Shown: one piece after another, positions 19,560 through 29,196 of the stretch | How positions within the stretch are numbered: the first letter of the stretch is position 1 | Layout of the letters: each line of letters starts with the position of its first letter | NCBI GenBank assembly: GCA_046483495.1 | Contig: JAWODC010000090.1 | Coordinates: 64,001-128,000, forward strand | Length of the DNA: 64,000 nucleotides | DNA from: Desulfobacterales bacterium | Lineage (GTDB): Bacteria; Desulfobacterota; Desulfobacteria; Desulfobacterales; UBA5616 | Reading direction: 5' to 3' | Notes under the pieces: generated by a model | Told to the model about the DNA's origin: nothing | Database searches by the model: none | Seen by the model: the letters and a program-made list of their open reading frames with translations, nothing else | Made by a program: the position numbers and the translations under genes

Positions 19560-20735
19560 TTACATTAAGTCGGCGGAAGAATAATTCAATATCGCCCTTG
19601 CGATGACCAGGCGGTTGATTTCCCCCGTTCCTTCGTAGATATCCGTAATCCGGGCATCCCGCCACCACTTTTCCACCAGCAGGTCATGCGTAATGCCTGT
19701 GACGCCGAGCAGCTCCAACGCGAGCGTGGCGCCGCTTCGGCAGACATCGCCGCCTTTTGCCTTGCTAATCGAGGATTCCAGATTATTGGGCTTTCCCTGG
19801 TCCATGAGCCATACGGCCCGGAGAGTCGTCAAAATGGAGGCTTCGAGCTGGGACTCGATTTCGATCATCTTTTGCTGGAGCGCGGTGCGCCGGTGCAGAC
19901 CGACTTCCCAATCCACTTCGACGCCTTCATCCCGCAGAACGTCCGATGCGGATTCATAACATGCTAAAACAGCACCCGTACCGGTTGCCGCCACCAACGG
20001 TCGGGTGATATTGAAGGTTTTCATCAGGCCCTTGAACCCGCCGCCGCCCGTTTGAATCTCTTCGTTCTGACCGAGGAGGTTTTCCCGCGGTACCCGACAG
20101 TCCTTCAACACGAAGGCCGCCGTATCGCTGGCCCGAATGCCCATTTTTTTCTCTTTTGCGGAAAGCTGAAACCCCGGTGTTCCTTTTTCGATGAGAAAGG
20201 CTTTGATGGCCCCCCTGCCCTTCGATTTATCGAGAGTGGCCCATACTACGACGCCGTCGCATTGAATGCCGCTGGTGACGAATATTTTTTCACCGTTAAG
20301 CACCCATTCATCGCCCTCCAGCACAGCGGTGGTTTCAATCGCTTTTGAATCCGACCCGCATCCGGGCTCGGTATTGGCCATGGCCAGCAGTTTGCCTCCC
20401 CATTTTTTCTTCTGCTCTTCCGTACCGGCGGCGGCAAGTGATGCATTTCCCAATCCAAATGGGTGAGACTTCAATGTCATCATGGAATCGCCCCATGATT
20501 GGTACAGATCCACAAGAATGCCGAAGACCGTCGGACTGCAGGCTCCGGGAGCCTTCGGCCGCTCCAGCATCATTAAGGGAATGTGCTCGAAATCCTTGGC
20601 TTCGGGGAATTCCGATGGCGGCAATTCGTCTTCGTGATCATCATAATATCGGGTATGTTTGCGAACAACGAGACCTTGTTTTCGAATTTCCTGGAGAATT
20701 TCCTGATCTTTTTCATTAAGGCTAAAATCGACCAT
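19560..20735 (-). CDS. Acyl-CoA dehydrogenase (FadE23-like)
   Basis: AMANTEPGCGSDS, NGEKIFVT, KMGIRASDT, DIYEGTGEINRLVIAR. Confidence 0.92.
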   Translation of the reverse strand: MVDFSLNEKDQEILQEIRKQGLVVRKHTRYYDDHEDELPPSEFPEAKDFEHIPLMMLERPKAPGACSPTVFGILVDLYQSWGDSMMTLKSHPFGLGNASLAAAGTEEQKKKWGGKLLAMANTEPGCGSDSKAIETTAVLEGDEWVLNGEKIFVTSGIQCDGVVVWATLDKSKGRGAIKAFLIEKGTPGFQLSAKEKKMGIRASDTAAFVLKDCRVPRENLLGQNEEIQTGGGGFKGLMKTFNITRPLVAATGTGAVLACYESASDVLRDEGVEVDWEVGLHRRTALQQKMIEIESQLEASILTTLRAVWLMDQGKPNNLESSISKAKGGDVCRSGATLALELLGVTGITHDLLVEKWWRDARITDIYEGTGEINRLVIARAILNYSSADLM

Positions 20736-20799
20736 TGCTTGCCTCCTGTGGTTTATTATTCCGGCATCACCGATGTTTTGGACCTTGTATGACTCGGCC

Positions 20800-21912
20800 C
20801 TAAGCGGCGATCATGCCTTCGAGGACGGTAAGTGTCCTGGCGTTTCTCAGCCACATTTCGACGGGAAAATCCCGAATGTAGCCGTGTCCACCGAAAATCT
20901 GAACGCCGTCATCGGCGATTTTCATGGTTTTTTGATCGACGTAATGCTTTGCCAGTGTGGCGGCTTTTGCCCCGTCCATCCCCTGATCAAGCTGACTTGC
21001 CGCCTTCCATACCATCCATCGCATCGCATCCGTTTCGATGCACATGTCGGCAAGATAAAACGCAATGATCTGCTTTTTGGCAATGGGTTCACCAAATGCG
21101 ATGCGTTCTTTGGCATAGGGAATCGTGTAATCCATTACAGCCCGCGAAAGCCCCACGCAAAGGGCGCTGTTCGCGATTCGAAGGGAATTGACAAGACGCC
21201 TGCCGTCGATGCCGTTTTCTTCTCCGAGAAAATCATCCGCCGGAACGACGCAATCCTGCAACGTCAATGCAGAACAGGGCAGTGACCGCAGCCCCATCGT
21301 CTTCTCATTGTCCGTATCGATATGCAATCCCGCCGCATCCCGCCCCACGATGAAGGCGCCCAGCCGGGAAAGCCCGGAGGCCTCCCCGGTTCGGGCGACC
21401 ACCAAAAAATGATGGGCGGAAGATCCGAACGGCACCAGCCGCTTCTTGCCGTTGATAATCCATTCACCGCCTTGTTTCGTCGCCGTTGTCTTCATGTCCG
21501 TGGGATCGAACGTGTGTCGAGGTTCGTGCAAAGCCATGGAGGCGGGTTCGAATGCTTCACCGGCATACAGGGGAAGATACTTCTTTTTCTGCTTTTCCGT
21601 CCCGAAATCGATCAGGGGATGAATGAACGACATCGGGCCCAGAATCGCCGATGCCAGAGAGGCGCAGCCGTAAGCCAGCTCTTCACAAACGAGCGCACTG
21701 GTAACGGCCGACCGCTCCATTCCGATTCCGCCATAGGACTCCGGAACCGCCGCATTCGCCAGTCCGATTTCCCAGGCCTTGTCCAGCACCTTTTCAGGAA
21801 TCACGCCGGTCTCGTCGCATTCCCGTGAAACGCCTCTGAGTTCACCGGCTGCAAATTCTTTTGCGCTTTTGACGACAAGGTCCTGCTCTTTTGTCAGGTC
21901 AAATGAGATCAT
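20800..21912 (-). CDS. Acyl-CoA dehydrogenase (FadE24-like partner)
   Basis: ERIAFGEPIAKKQ, QIFGGHGYIRDFPVEMWLRN; short C-terminus ending VLEGMIAA. Confidence 0.92.
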   Translation of the reverse strand: MISFDLTKEQDLVVKSAKEFAAGELRGVSRECDETGVIPEKVLDKAWEIGLANAAVPESYGGIGMERSAVTSALVCEELAYGCASLASAILGPMSFIHPLIDFGTEKQKKKYLPLYAGEAFEPASMALHEPRHTFDPTDMKTTATKQGGEWIINGKKRLVPFGSSAHHFLVVARTGEASGLSRLGAFIVGRDAAGLHIDTDNEKTMGLRSLPCSALTLQDCVVPADDFLGEENGIDGRRLVNSLRIANSALCVGLSRAVMDYTIPYAKERIAFGEPIAKKQIIAFYLADMCIETDAMRWMVWKAASQLDQGMDGAKAATLAKHYVDQKTMKIADDGVQIFGGHGYIRDFPVEMWLRNARTLTVLEGMIAA

Positions 21913-21998
21913 TTTTTCCTCCGTCCCTTGTGAATAGAAAAAAAAGAAACGATGCAGGCGGCTTTGACGTGATCGAAACGACTCCCGTCAAAAAGCAC

Positions 21999-23162
21999 TT
22001 ACCCCAGCATCATCTTTGAAATAATCTCCTTCATGATTTCACTGGTTCCGCCGCCGATTGACATGATTCGGTTGTCCCTGAACATGCGCTCCACCGTATA
22101 CTCCCGCATGTACCCGTACCCCCCGAAAACCTGGACGGCGTCATAGGTCACTTTGTCGCTGACCATGCAGGCGAAATTTTTAGCCATGGAGACTTCCTTG
22201 ACTATGTTTTCCCCGGCATTGACCCTGGCGGCTACACGGTAAGTAAACTCCCGGCTGGCTTCCAGAAGCGTCGCCATGTCGGCAAGCTTATGCCGGATGA
22301 CCTGGAAGCCGGAAAGATGTTTGCCGAAAGCCTCTCGCTCTTTTACGTACTTGAGGCATTCATCCAGGCAGATCTCGGAGATCATGTTCGTTTCCGCCGC
22401 CATGCCCAGCCGTTCATGTTGAAAGTTCTCCATCTGGTAGTAAAAACCCTTGTTTTCTTCTCCGATACGATTTTCAACGGGAACCCGGCAATCGTCGAAA
22501 AAGAGTTCCGCCGTGTCGGATGCCCACCATCCCATTTTCTTCAATTTCTTTGAAACGGAGAATCCGGGTGTGCCCTTCTCGATGACCAGGAGGCTGATGC
22601 CGTGGGCCCCTTCCCCTCCCGTCCGGACGGCGCAGGTGATCTGTCCCGCCTGAACACCGGTGGTGATAAAGGTTTTGCTGCCGTTGACCACGTAATAGTC
22701 GCCGTCTTTTACGGCAGTGGTTTTCAGACGGGCCACATCAGAACCCCCGCCGGGTTCGGTAACGGCCAATGCTGCTTTTCGTTTCCCTTCGAGAACAGGT
22801 TTGACGAATTTCTCCTTCTGTTCGTGCGTGCCGTGAGAGACGATGGGCGGCAGGGCAATCGCATACGTGCCTATGCTGGCGGGTATACCAATAGAGCCGC
22901 ATCGGCAGAGTTCTTCGGTAACGGCAAAACCATGAAAAATATCACCCTCCACACCACCGTATTCGACCGGATAGCCGATCCCCAGGTATCCGAGCTCCCC
23001 CGCCTTTTGATACAGCTCCATCGGCGTTTCGCCGGCCTCTTCCCATTCGTCCACATAGGGGACGATCTCTTTTTTTACAAATTCACGCACCGCCTTGCGC
23101 AGCATCTCATGCTCTTTGGTGAAGTACTTCTGATAGGAACGGTCTCTCTCAGGTTGATTCAT
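21999..23162 (-). CDS. Acyl-CoA dehydrogenase (AtuD/long-chain-like)
   Basis: AVTEPGGGSDVA, KMGWWASDTAEL, FQHERL, IGGGTSEIMKEII; start at ATG 23162 after GGAGA. Confidence 0.93.
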   Translation of the reverse strand: MNQPERDRSYQKYFTKEHEMLRKAVREFVKKEIVPYVDEWEEAGETPMELYQKAGELGYLGIGYPVEYGGVEGDIFHGFAVTEELCRCGSIGIPASIGTYAIALPPIVSHGTHEQKEKFVKPVLEGKRKAALAVTEPGGGSDVARLKTTAVKDGDYYVVNGSKTFITTGVQAGQITCAVRTGGEGAHGISLLVIEKGTPGFSVSKKLKKMGWWASDTAELFFDDCRVPVENRIGEENKGFYYQMENFQHERLGMAAETNMISEICLDECLKYVKEREAFGKHLSGFQVIRHKLADMATLLEASREFTYRVAARVNAGENIVKEVSMAKNFACMVSDKVTYDAVQVFGGYGYMREYTVERMFRDNRIMSIGGGTSEIMKEIISKMMLG

Positions 23163-23231
23163 AGCATCTCCTGTTCTCGTCTGCGGGATACGCGCAAAAC
23201 GCAAACCCGATGAAATATATGAAATTCAAAA

Positions 23232-24806
23232 TTATAAATGCAAGTGATATGAACCCCAATTACTATCCTGCCACATAATTTTACCGCCGATGATGGTCAT
23301 CAAAACCCGGATGTTTCGAATCTCCTCCGGAGGTACATGAAACGGATCGGCGGACAGGATCGTGAAGTCCGCATCTTTTCCGGCACGGATCATCCCTTTG
23401 GATGTCTCCAAATATCCGGCGGCCGCGGCGGCTGACGTGTGCATTTCCAAGGCGTTATACACCGTAACAGCTTCATTAGGCAATAACGGATTTCCCGTTT
23501 CGGTCATCCGGGTGACCGCACTGTAAATCCCTGAAATCGGATCCGGGGAAACCATCGGCGCATCCGATGCTGCACACACCCGGGCACCGGCCTTGAGCAG
23601 CGAACCGATCGGATACAAGAACGGCTGATGGTCGGGGAGAACGGATATCAGATAGCGGTCACCGTTGACGTATATAAAAGAAGGATGCGTCACAACGGTG
23701 ATGCCGAGTGCACCGATCCGGCCGGCCAATTCGGGAGGGCACAAGGAACAATGTTCGATTCTGTGCCGGCAACGCTTCTCCGGGTGCCGGTGCACGGCAT
23801 TTTCGATCGCCGTAACCGCCGCCCGAACGGCATCCGCTTCAATGGCATGAATGACGGCCTGCCTGCCGGATCGATGAATCAGCGCCACCATTTCATTAAG
23901 ATCGGCCTGTTCCGGAAGTGGTATTCCGGTCGTTTCATCGATAATGATTTTAACCCCTCCCGAAAATATGCCGTCCTGTTCGTATGCATTCGGAACAAGC
24001 GCGTTCAGATCATTTTGAAAGGATAAAAATCCCTGGATGAAAACAACCCCGGGCGCCAAAAGACCTTTTTTTTTCAACCCGTGCAGCCAATCCAGCCTCG
24101 TTCGGTCATTGCGGTATGATGCATCCTGAAATGTCGTCACCCCATGGGACAGCAGATTCCGATCGGCCGATGCAATGCCTTTAAGAAGGCTGCTTTCTTT
24201 GACATGCGGAATTTTTCGGTTCAGATCGTGTCCCATGTTGAACAAAACGCCGGTCGGTTCACCGGTATTCGGGTCTCTTTCAATAATGCCGCCGTCCGGA
24301 TCGGGTGTCTGTCGACCGATGCCGACATCTTTCAGTGCGGGTGTATTGAGCACATGGGCGTAGCCGGACCGGTGGGTGATCTTTATGGGATGTTGAACGG
24401 TTACGGCATCCAGATCCCTGCGATTCGGATGCCGCTGCTCCTTTATGTCGGTTTCATGGTAACCCGCCCCTCTGATCCATTCACCCGAAGATGCCGTTTC
24501 AAGGGCGAGTCTGAGACGGTTTTGGATATCGCAAATCGACCGGATTCCCGAATCAGCCTTTAAATCGATCGTCAGAAAGCTCTCCGCCAAGGCCCGAAAA
24601 TGAAGATGGGCATCGATAAATCCCGGTAGAAGCGTCTTCCCGTTGAGATCCAGAATCGGTATATCCCTGTTTTTAAATGCCTCTATGGATTTCCTGTCGC
24701 CGACATGCCGTATGTTCCCGTTTGAAACCGCCAGGGCCGATGCCCTGGGCAATGCCGGGTTCATGGTGACGATATCGGCATTTATGATGATCATGTCGTC
24801 TTTCAT
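23232..24806 (-). CDS. Amidohydrolase 3 family (YtcJ-like)
   Basis: LPGFIDAHLH, HAIEAD, RHRIEHC, ASDAP, GKDADF. Confidence 0.9.
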   Translation of the reverse strand: MKDDMIIINADIVTMNPALPRASALAVSNGNIRHVGDRKSIEAFKNRDIPILDLNGKTLLPGFIDAHLHFRALAESFLTIDLKADSGIRSICDIQNRLRLALETASSGEWIRGAGYHETDIKEQRHPNRRDLDAVTVQHPIKITHRSGYAHVLNTPALKDVGIGRQTPDPDGGIIERDPNTGEPTGVLFNMGHDLNRKIPHVKESSLLKGIASADRNLLSHGVTTFQDASYRNDRTRLDWLHGLKKKGLLAPGVVFIQGFLSFQNDLNALVPNAYEQDGIFSGGVKIIIDETTGIPLPEQADLNEMVALIHRSGRQAVIHAIEADAVRAAVTAIENAVHRHPEKRCRHRIEHCSLCPPELAGRIGALGITVVTHPSFIYVNGDRYLISVLPDHQPFLYPIGSLLKAGARVCAASDAPMVSPDPISGIYSAVTRMTETGNPLLPNEAVTVYNALEMHTSAAAAAGYLETSKGMIRAGKDADFTILSADPFHVPPEEIRNIRVLMTIIGGKIMWQDSNWGSYHLHL

Positions 24807-24813
24807 GCAGGGT

Positions 24814-26073
24814 TCACGCCTGAATCGGTTCGCATCCGATGACCCCTTCGCGGTACAGCCGACCGATTTCCGCATCCGACAGCCCCAGAATTTCTTTCAA
24901 CACCCATTCATTATCCCGGCCCAGGGTCGGTGCGGGGCTTCCTTTTTGCGATGAATCATGTTCAAAGTGAATGGCGCTGCCCGCGTACAGGCGCCGTCCG
25001 GTCTCCGGATGAAAAACCGGTTGAAAAAAGCCCCGAGCGAGAAGATGGGGATCATTCATCAGTTCCTCGGCATTCAGAACATCACCCGCCGGAATACCAT
25101 GCTCCTGCAGAAGAAGCATGAGCTCATGGGATGGATAGCCGGACGTCCAATCCGCTACCCGTCTGTCAAGCTCTTCCCTGTTTTCAAGCCGGGCATTCAT
25201 ATGCGAAAACCGCTCCTCACCGGCCCACGGAGGATTTCCCATCGACTCGACCAGCGCCTGCCATTGCGGTTCACCGGTTATTTCGATGGTGATCCATTTG
25301 TCCTCCCCCCTGCAGGGATAACATCCATAGGGAGCGCAGCAGCAGTCGTGATTTCCCATCCGCTCCGGCAGGCGATGATTGATGGCCAGATCCAGAACAT
25401 ATTCGCCGATCAGGCAGGTGGCGGATTCACATTGCGAAAGATCGATCTGTTGGCCGACGCCCGATTTGCTGCGGTGAAGAAGCGCCGTCAGTACGGCGAC
25501 GGTCCCATGCATCGCCGCCACGGCATCCGGGTAGGGGTTGCCGGAAAGGCGGGGCCCGCCTCCGGGATAGCCGGTGATGCCGGCCAGTCCGCATGCCGGT
25601 TCGATCGTCGTACCGAAGGCCACATGGTCTCGAAAAGGACCGGTCAAACCGAAACCCGACAATGAACACATAATGATCCGGGGATTCAGCCGCTGTAAAA
25701 CGGAATAGGTAATTCCGAAATTTTCCATGACACGGGGGCTGAAATTTTCCAGGACCACATCGCTGACGCTTACCAGCCGCTTGAACAGCGCGAGTCCGGA
25801 CGGTGTGTTGAGTTCGAGTGTCAGGCCGCGTTTGTTTCGGTTCAGGTCGTTTGTCAGCGCTTGCCGTTCCCAGGGCCGCTCGCCGGGATCATTATCCGGA
25901 AACGTGCCGAAAAAAGCGGCTTCCTCCTTATCGACCGGTGATCCGTCCACCAGGGCCCGGCTTTGAATATGAATGACCTCGGCGCCGAGATCGGCCAGCA
26001 TTCGTCCGGCCAGCGGACCGGCCCACACATGGGTCACATCCAGCACCCTGATTCCGTTCAATGCCGATGCCAT
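24814..26073 (-). CDS. Class III (CaiB/BaiF) CoA-transferase, subunit with catalytic Asp
   Basis: WAGP, LADLGAEVI, NRNKRG, ENFSP, SLSGFG; Asp in PYPDAVAAMHG. Confidence 0.92.
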   Translation of the reverse strand: MASALNGIRVLDVTHVWAGPLAGRMLADLGAEVIHIQSRALVDGSPVDKEEAAFFGTFPDNDPGERPWERQALTNDLNRNKRGLTLELNTPSGLALFKRLVSVSDVVLENFSPRVMENFGITYSVLQRLNPRIIMCSLSGFGLTGPFRDHVAFGTTIEPACGLAGITGYPGGGPRLSGNPYPDAVAAMHGTVAVLTALLHRSKSGVGQQIDLSQCESATCLIGEYVLDLAINHRLPERMGNHDCCCAPYGCYPCRGEDKWITIEITGEPQWQALVESMGNPPWAGEERFSHMNARLENREELDRRVADWTSGYPSHELMLLLQEHGIPAGDVLNAEELMNDPHLLARGFFQPVFHPETGRRLYAGSAIHFEHDSSQKGSPAPTLGRDNEWVLKEILGLSDAEIGRLYREGVIGCEPIQA

Positions 26074-27288
26074 TCAAATGACTCCTTTTTCCTTCAATTT
26101 CAAAAGGCGGTTTTCCGTCATTTTCAACCGACCCGTATAGATATCGCGGTTATGTTCACCCAAAAGCGGCGCGCGTCCCGTCTTTGCCGGTGTGCGTGAC
26201 ATGATAAACGGGGCGCCCGGCACGGTCAGCCGTCCGGCTTTCGGATGAAAGACGGTTTTCCAGAATCCTCTTTCCCGGTACTGGGGATCCGAAAGCAGAT
26301 CTTCCAGGGTGTTTACCCGGGCGGCCGGGACCCGCCATTCCATAAAGGCTTCAATGATGTCTTTACTGCTTCTCGATGCAAACCAGCCAAGCACCGTTTT
26401 ATCGAACGCATAGGCATTGGCCGCCCGTTTTCGGCTTGTATCGAATGCTGTATTCGAAGCAAGTTCCGGCATCTCCATTGCCAGGCACAACCGTTCGAAC
26501 TGATCATCGGTGACGGCACTGACGGCGACATACCCGTCCAGGCATGGATAGACAGTCACCGGGTGGGCCCACATATGGCGGTTGCCGGTTCGTTTCTGAA
26601 TGCTGCCGGAGTAGGCGTACCGGGAAAGCGTGTACTGGTGAATTCCCGCCATGCATTCCATGATGGAGACATCGACATAATCCCCCCGCCCGGTGGCACC
26701 CCGATTCATCAGTGCGGCGAGTATGCCGATGCAGGCCTGCAGTCCGCCCTGGTACGCCGGCTGCCGCCCTCCCCCGGCCAGGGGTTCTCGGTCCGGATCC
26801 CCTGTGACATACATGTATCCGCCAAGCGCGTAGCCGGCCAGACGCCCGCCCGTATAATCCCGGTAAACCCCGGTTTGTCCGAAGTCCGTGATGGAGGCCA
26901 TCACCAGCCCGGGATTCAACTTCTCGAGAATCGCATAACCCAGCCCTGATTGGTCCATGACGCCCGGACGATCATTTTCCACCAGGACATCGGCATGCTT
27001 TAAAAGCTCCAGTAGAATTTCTTTCCCCTCTCTGGTATGGAAATTCAGTGTAATGCTTTTCTTGCTTGTGTTCAGGTACTGAAAAACCGGGCTTCGCTCG
27101 GGATCTGCCGGCGTTTGCGGAGAAAAGCGGATATGCCGCGATCGGTCTCCCGTCCCCGGCGTTTCCACCTTGATCACCTCAGCTCCGAAAGCCGACATCA
27201 GTTTGGTGCAGTATGGGCCGGATAGGTACTCCGACAGGTCGATTACCGAAATGTGATCGAGTGCAGCAGCTGTATGTATGGTTGCCAT
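26074..27288 (-). CDS. Class III CoA-transferase, subunit lacking the catalytic Asp
   Basis: GAEVIKVE, NTSKKSITL, ITDFGQTG, APLLGEH; QPAYQGG at the Asp position; start at ATG 27288. Confidence 0.9.
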   Translation of the reverse strand: MATIHTAAALDHISVIDLSEYLSGPYCTKLMSAFGAEVIKVETPGTGDRSRHIRFSPQTPADPERSPVFQYLNTSKKSITLNFHTREGKEILLELLKHADVLVENDRPGVMDQSGLGYAILEKLNPGLVMASITDFGQTGVYRDYTGGRLAGYALGGYMYVTGDPDREPLAGGGRQPAYQGGLQACIGILAALMNRGATGRGDYVDVSIMECMAGIHQYTLSRYAYSGSIQKRTGNRHMWAHPVTVYPCLDGYVAVSAVTDDQFERLCLAMEMPELASNTAFDTSRKRAANAYAFDKTVLGWFASRSSKDIIEAFMEWRVPAARVNTLEDLLSDPQYRERGFWKTVFHPKAGRLTVPGAPFIMSRTPAKTGRAPLLGEHNRDIYTGRLKMTENRLLKLKEKGVI

Positions 27289-27590
27289 CAGGTGTAAGCG
27301 CCATCCGCATGCCGAAGACATCGAGCCTCGATCAACGTATGGAAACGTAAGGGGCCCGCCGGTGGCCGATATCGTTTTTACGGTGAAGTGCACCGGTTTA
27401 TATTGAAGCGGATCGCGCTAAAAGGCGCCTTCCGCCCTATAACTCTATCATATACACGTTAAACTTCCCCATTTCGGCCGAAAAAGTCAAGGAATAAGGG
27501 AAAGGATGGACACTGCCTGCGAAATCCGCTAAATAGTGCAGGAGCCCTTTCACTATCGCGCTTCTCAACACACCTTAAAGGAGGTCCGCC

Positions 27591-28268
27591 ATGACTCGGA
27601 TACACCCTGTCAAACTCGGATTTGTAACATGCTACCTGCTGGAATCCGACAGCAGCTTTATTCTGGTGGATGCCGGATATCCCAAAAAAGAAGACCGCCT
27701 CTGGAAATTTTTGGACAGCCGCCAAATCGATCCGCGCCACATCAAGCTGATCATCATCACCCACGGGCATGTGGATCATGTCGGCAGCTTGAAGCCGATC
27801 AAGGAAAAAACCGGCGCCCCCGTATTGATTCATGAATCCGAGGCTCCGCTGCTGTCGTCCGGCCGAACGCCGGGGGTGGCAATCACGTTAAAGTGGCTGT
27901 CACGTTTCGTTAAAATGGAAAACGGTACAAGCGTAGCGCCGGTGGACCCGGACATCACCATTTCCGGGGAATATCCCCTGAACGATTACGGCATCACGGG
28001 GAAGGTCATCCCGACGCCGGGGCACACCGAAGGTTCACTCTCGGTCATTCTGGATGGGGAAAACGCCATTGTCGGGGATATCGCAATGAAATTCCCAATC
28101 CTCTCCCGCAAATCATATGAACCGATCGTGGCCCGGGATCTGAATCAGGTGTATCAAAGCTGGCAAACCTTGATCGATGAAGGCGTCCGGGTCATTTATC
28201 CGGCCCATGGAAAGCCCATCGGAATCGAGGTGCTTCAAGGTTTGATCGAAGCTAAGACTCGGCCTTGA
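27591..28268 (+). CDS. Metallo-beta-lactamase-fold hydrolase
   Basis: THGHVDH, TPGHTEGS, VGD, YPAHG; AAGGAGG RBS. Confidence 0.9.
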   Translation: MTRIHPVKLGFVTCYLLESDSSFILVDAGYPKKEDRLWKFLDSRQIDPRHIKLIIITHGHVDHVGSLKPIKEKTGAPVLIHESEAPLLSSGRTPGVAITLKWLSRFVKMENGTSVAPVDPDITISGEYPLNDYGITGKVIPTPGHTEGSLSVILDGENAIVGDIAMKFPILSRKSYEPIVARDLNQVYQSWQTLIDEGVRVIYPAHGKPIGIEVLQGLIEAKTRP

Positions 28269-28378
28269 GGTTATACCGGTCCGGCACCGGGCCGCATCGG
28301 GAGCAAATCCCATTGTCACGACCGGGACTTGCAGGAATTCCGGGCTCATCGAGATTTGCCGACGGCATCGGCATGCCG

Positions 28379-29068
28379 TCAGCTTTTGATTTTCATGTAA
28401 TACGATTCCGAAAGATAGACAGCCGCCATGGGATTGTGGCCGGTGACACGGTCTTTGACCGCCAATACGGTTGACCAGGCATCGGCATATTTGAAGAAAA
28501 GGGAGTCATGCCCGACGCAAAGCCCCAACAGGATATTGAAATCGGTTTTTTCCGCATTCAGCACCTTGGCCTGGAAAATGGGATTGCACATCGTTTCGTC
28601 GATCCCGGGCATGACTTTCTCTTCATCTTTGATATGGATATCATCTTTTAATGTGCCGCCGGCCTTGCACATTACCGATACCACGTCAAACCCGTGATGG
28701 CGGAAAATGTCATCGACAATGGCCGCCTCCCGAATGAGGCCGGCGCAAAATGCCAGGCCCAGGCGGTGAAATCCCATTTTGTCGGCAAATTCATAAATTT
28801 CCATAATACGGGTTTTCGTCGGTTCCAGGACAAAGGGGTTCTCTTTGCGGTTGATGTAGCATTCGGCCTCCTGTATGGAAGCCTGACGGGCGAATTCCAG
28901 AATGTCGGGCTGCTTGTAGATTTCCGACGTCTCCGCCAAAACCTCTTTTCTCGAAACCGTCGGGCACCCCGGGGAGGCGCTCCCGTTCTTATTGACGCAG
29001 ATCCGGTTGAAAATTTCGTTTTTGCACACAGCGCACGAAGCGTGGCTTATCTTCTTTTCTTCTGTCAT
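28379..29068 (-). CDS. DUF1847-family Cys-rich (probable metal-binding) protein
   Basis: GLAFCAGL, CKAG, MCNPIFQA, GLCVGHDSLF, KDRVTGHNP. Confidence 0.88.
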   Translation of the reverse strand: MTEEKKISHASCAVCKNEIFNRICVNKNGSASPGCPTVSRKEVLAETSEIYKQPDILEFARQASIQEAECYINRKENPFVLEPTKTRIMEIYEFADKMGFHRLGLAFCAGLIREAAIVDDIFRHHGFDVVSVMCKAGGTLKDDIHIKDEEKVMPGIDETMCNPIFQAKVLNAEKTDFNILLGLCVGHDSLFFKYADAWSTVLAVKDRVTGHNPMAAVYLSESYYMKIKS

Positions 29069-29196
29069 TTCAGCCTCCGATGTCGATTTATATCAGGTTC
29101 ACTTCACCTTAAAGCGGTTCTGCCGCAAAACCGCCTCACATGAATGTAGATGTACTATTGAAAATTATTTATTGCTGACCGGCTGCACGGCTGCAG

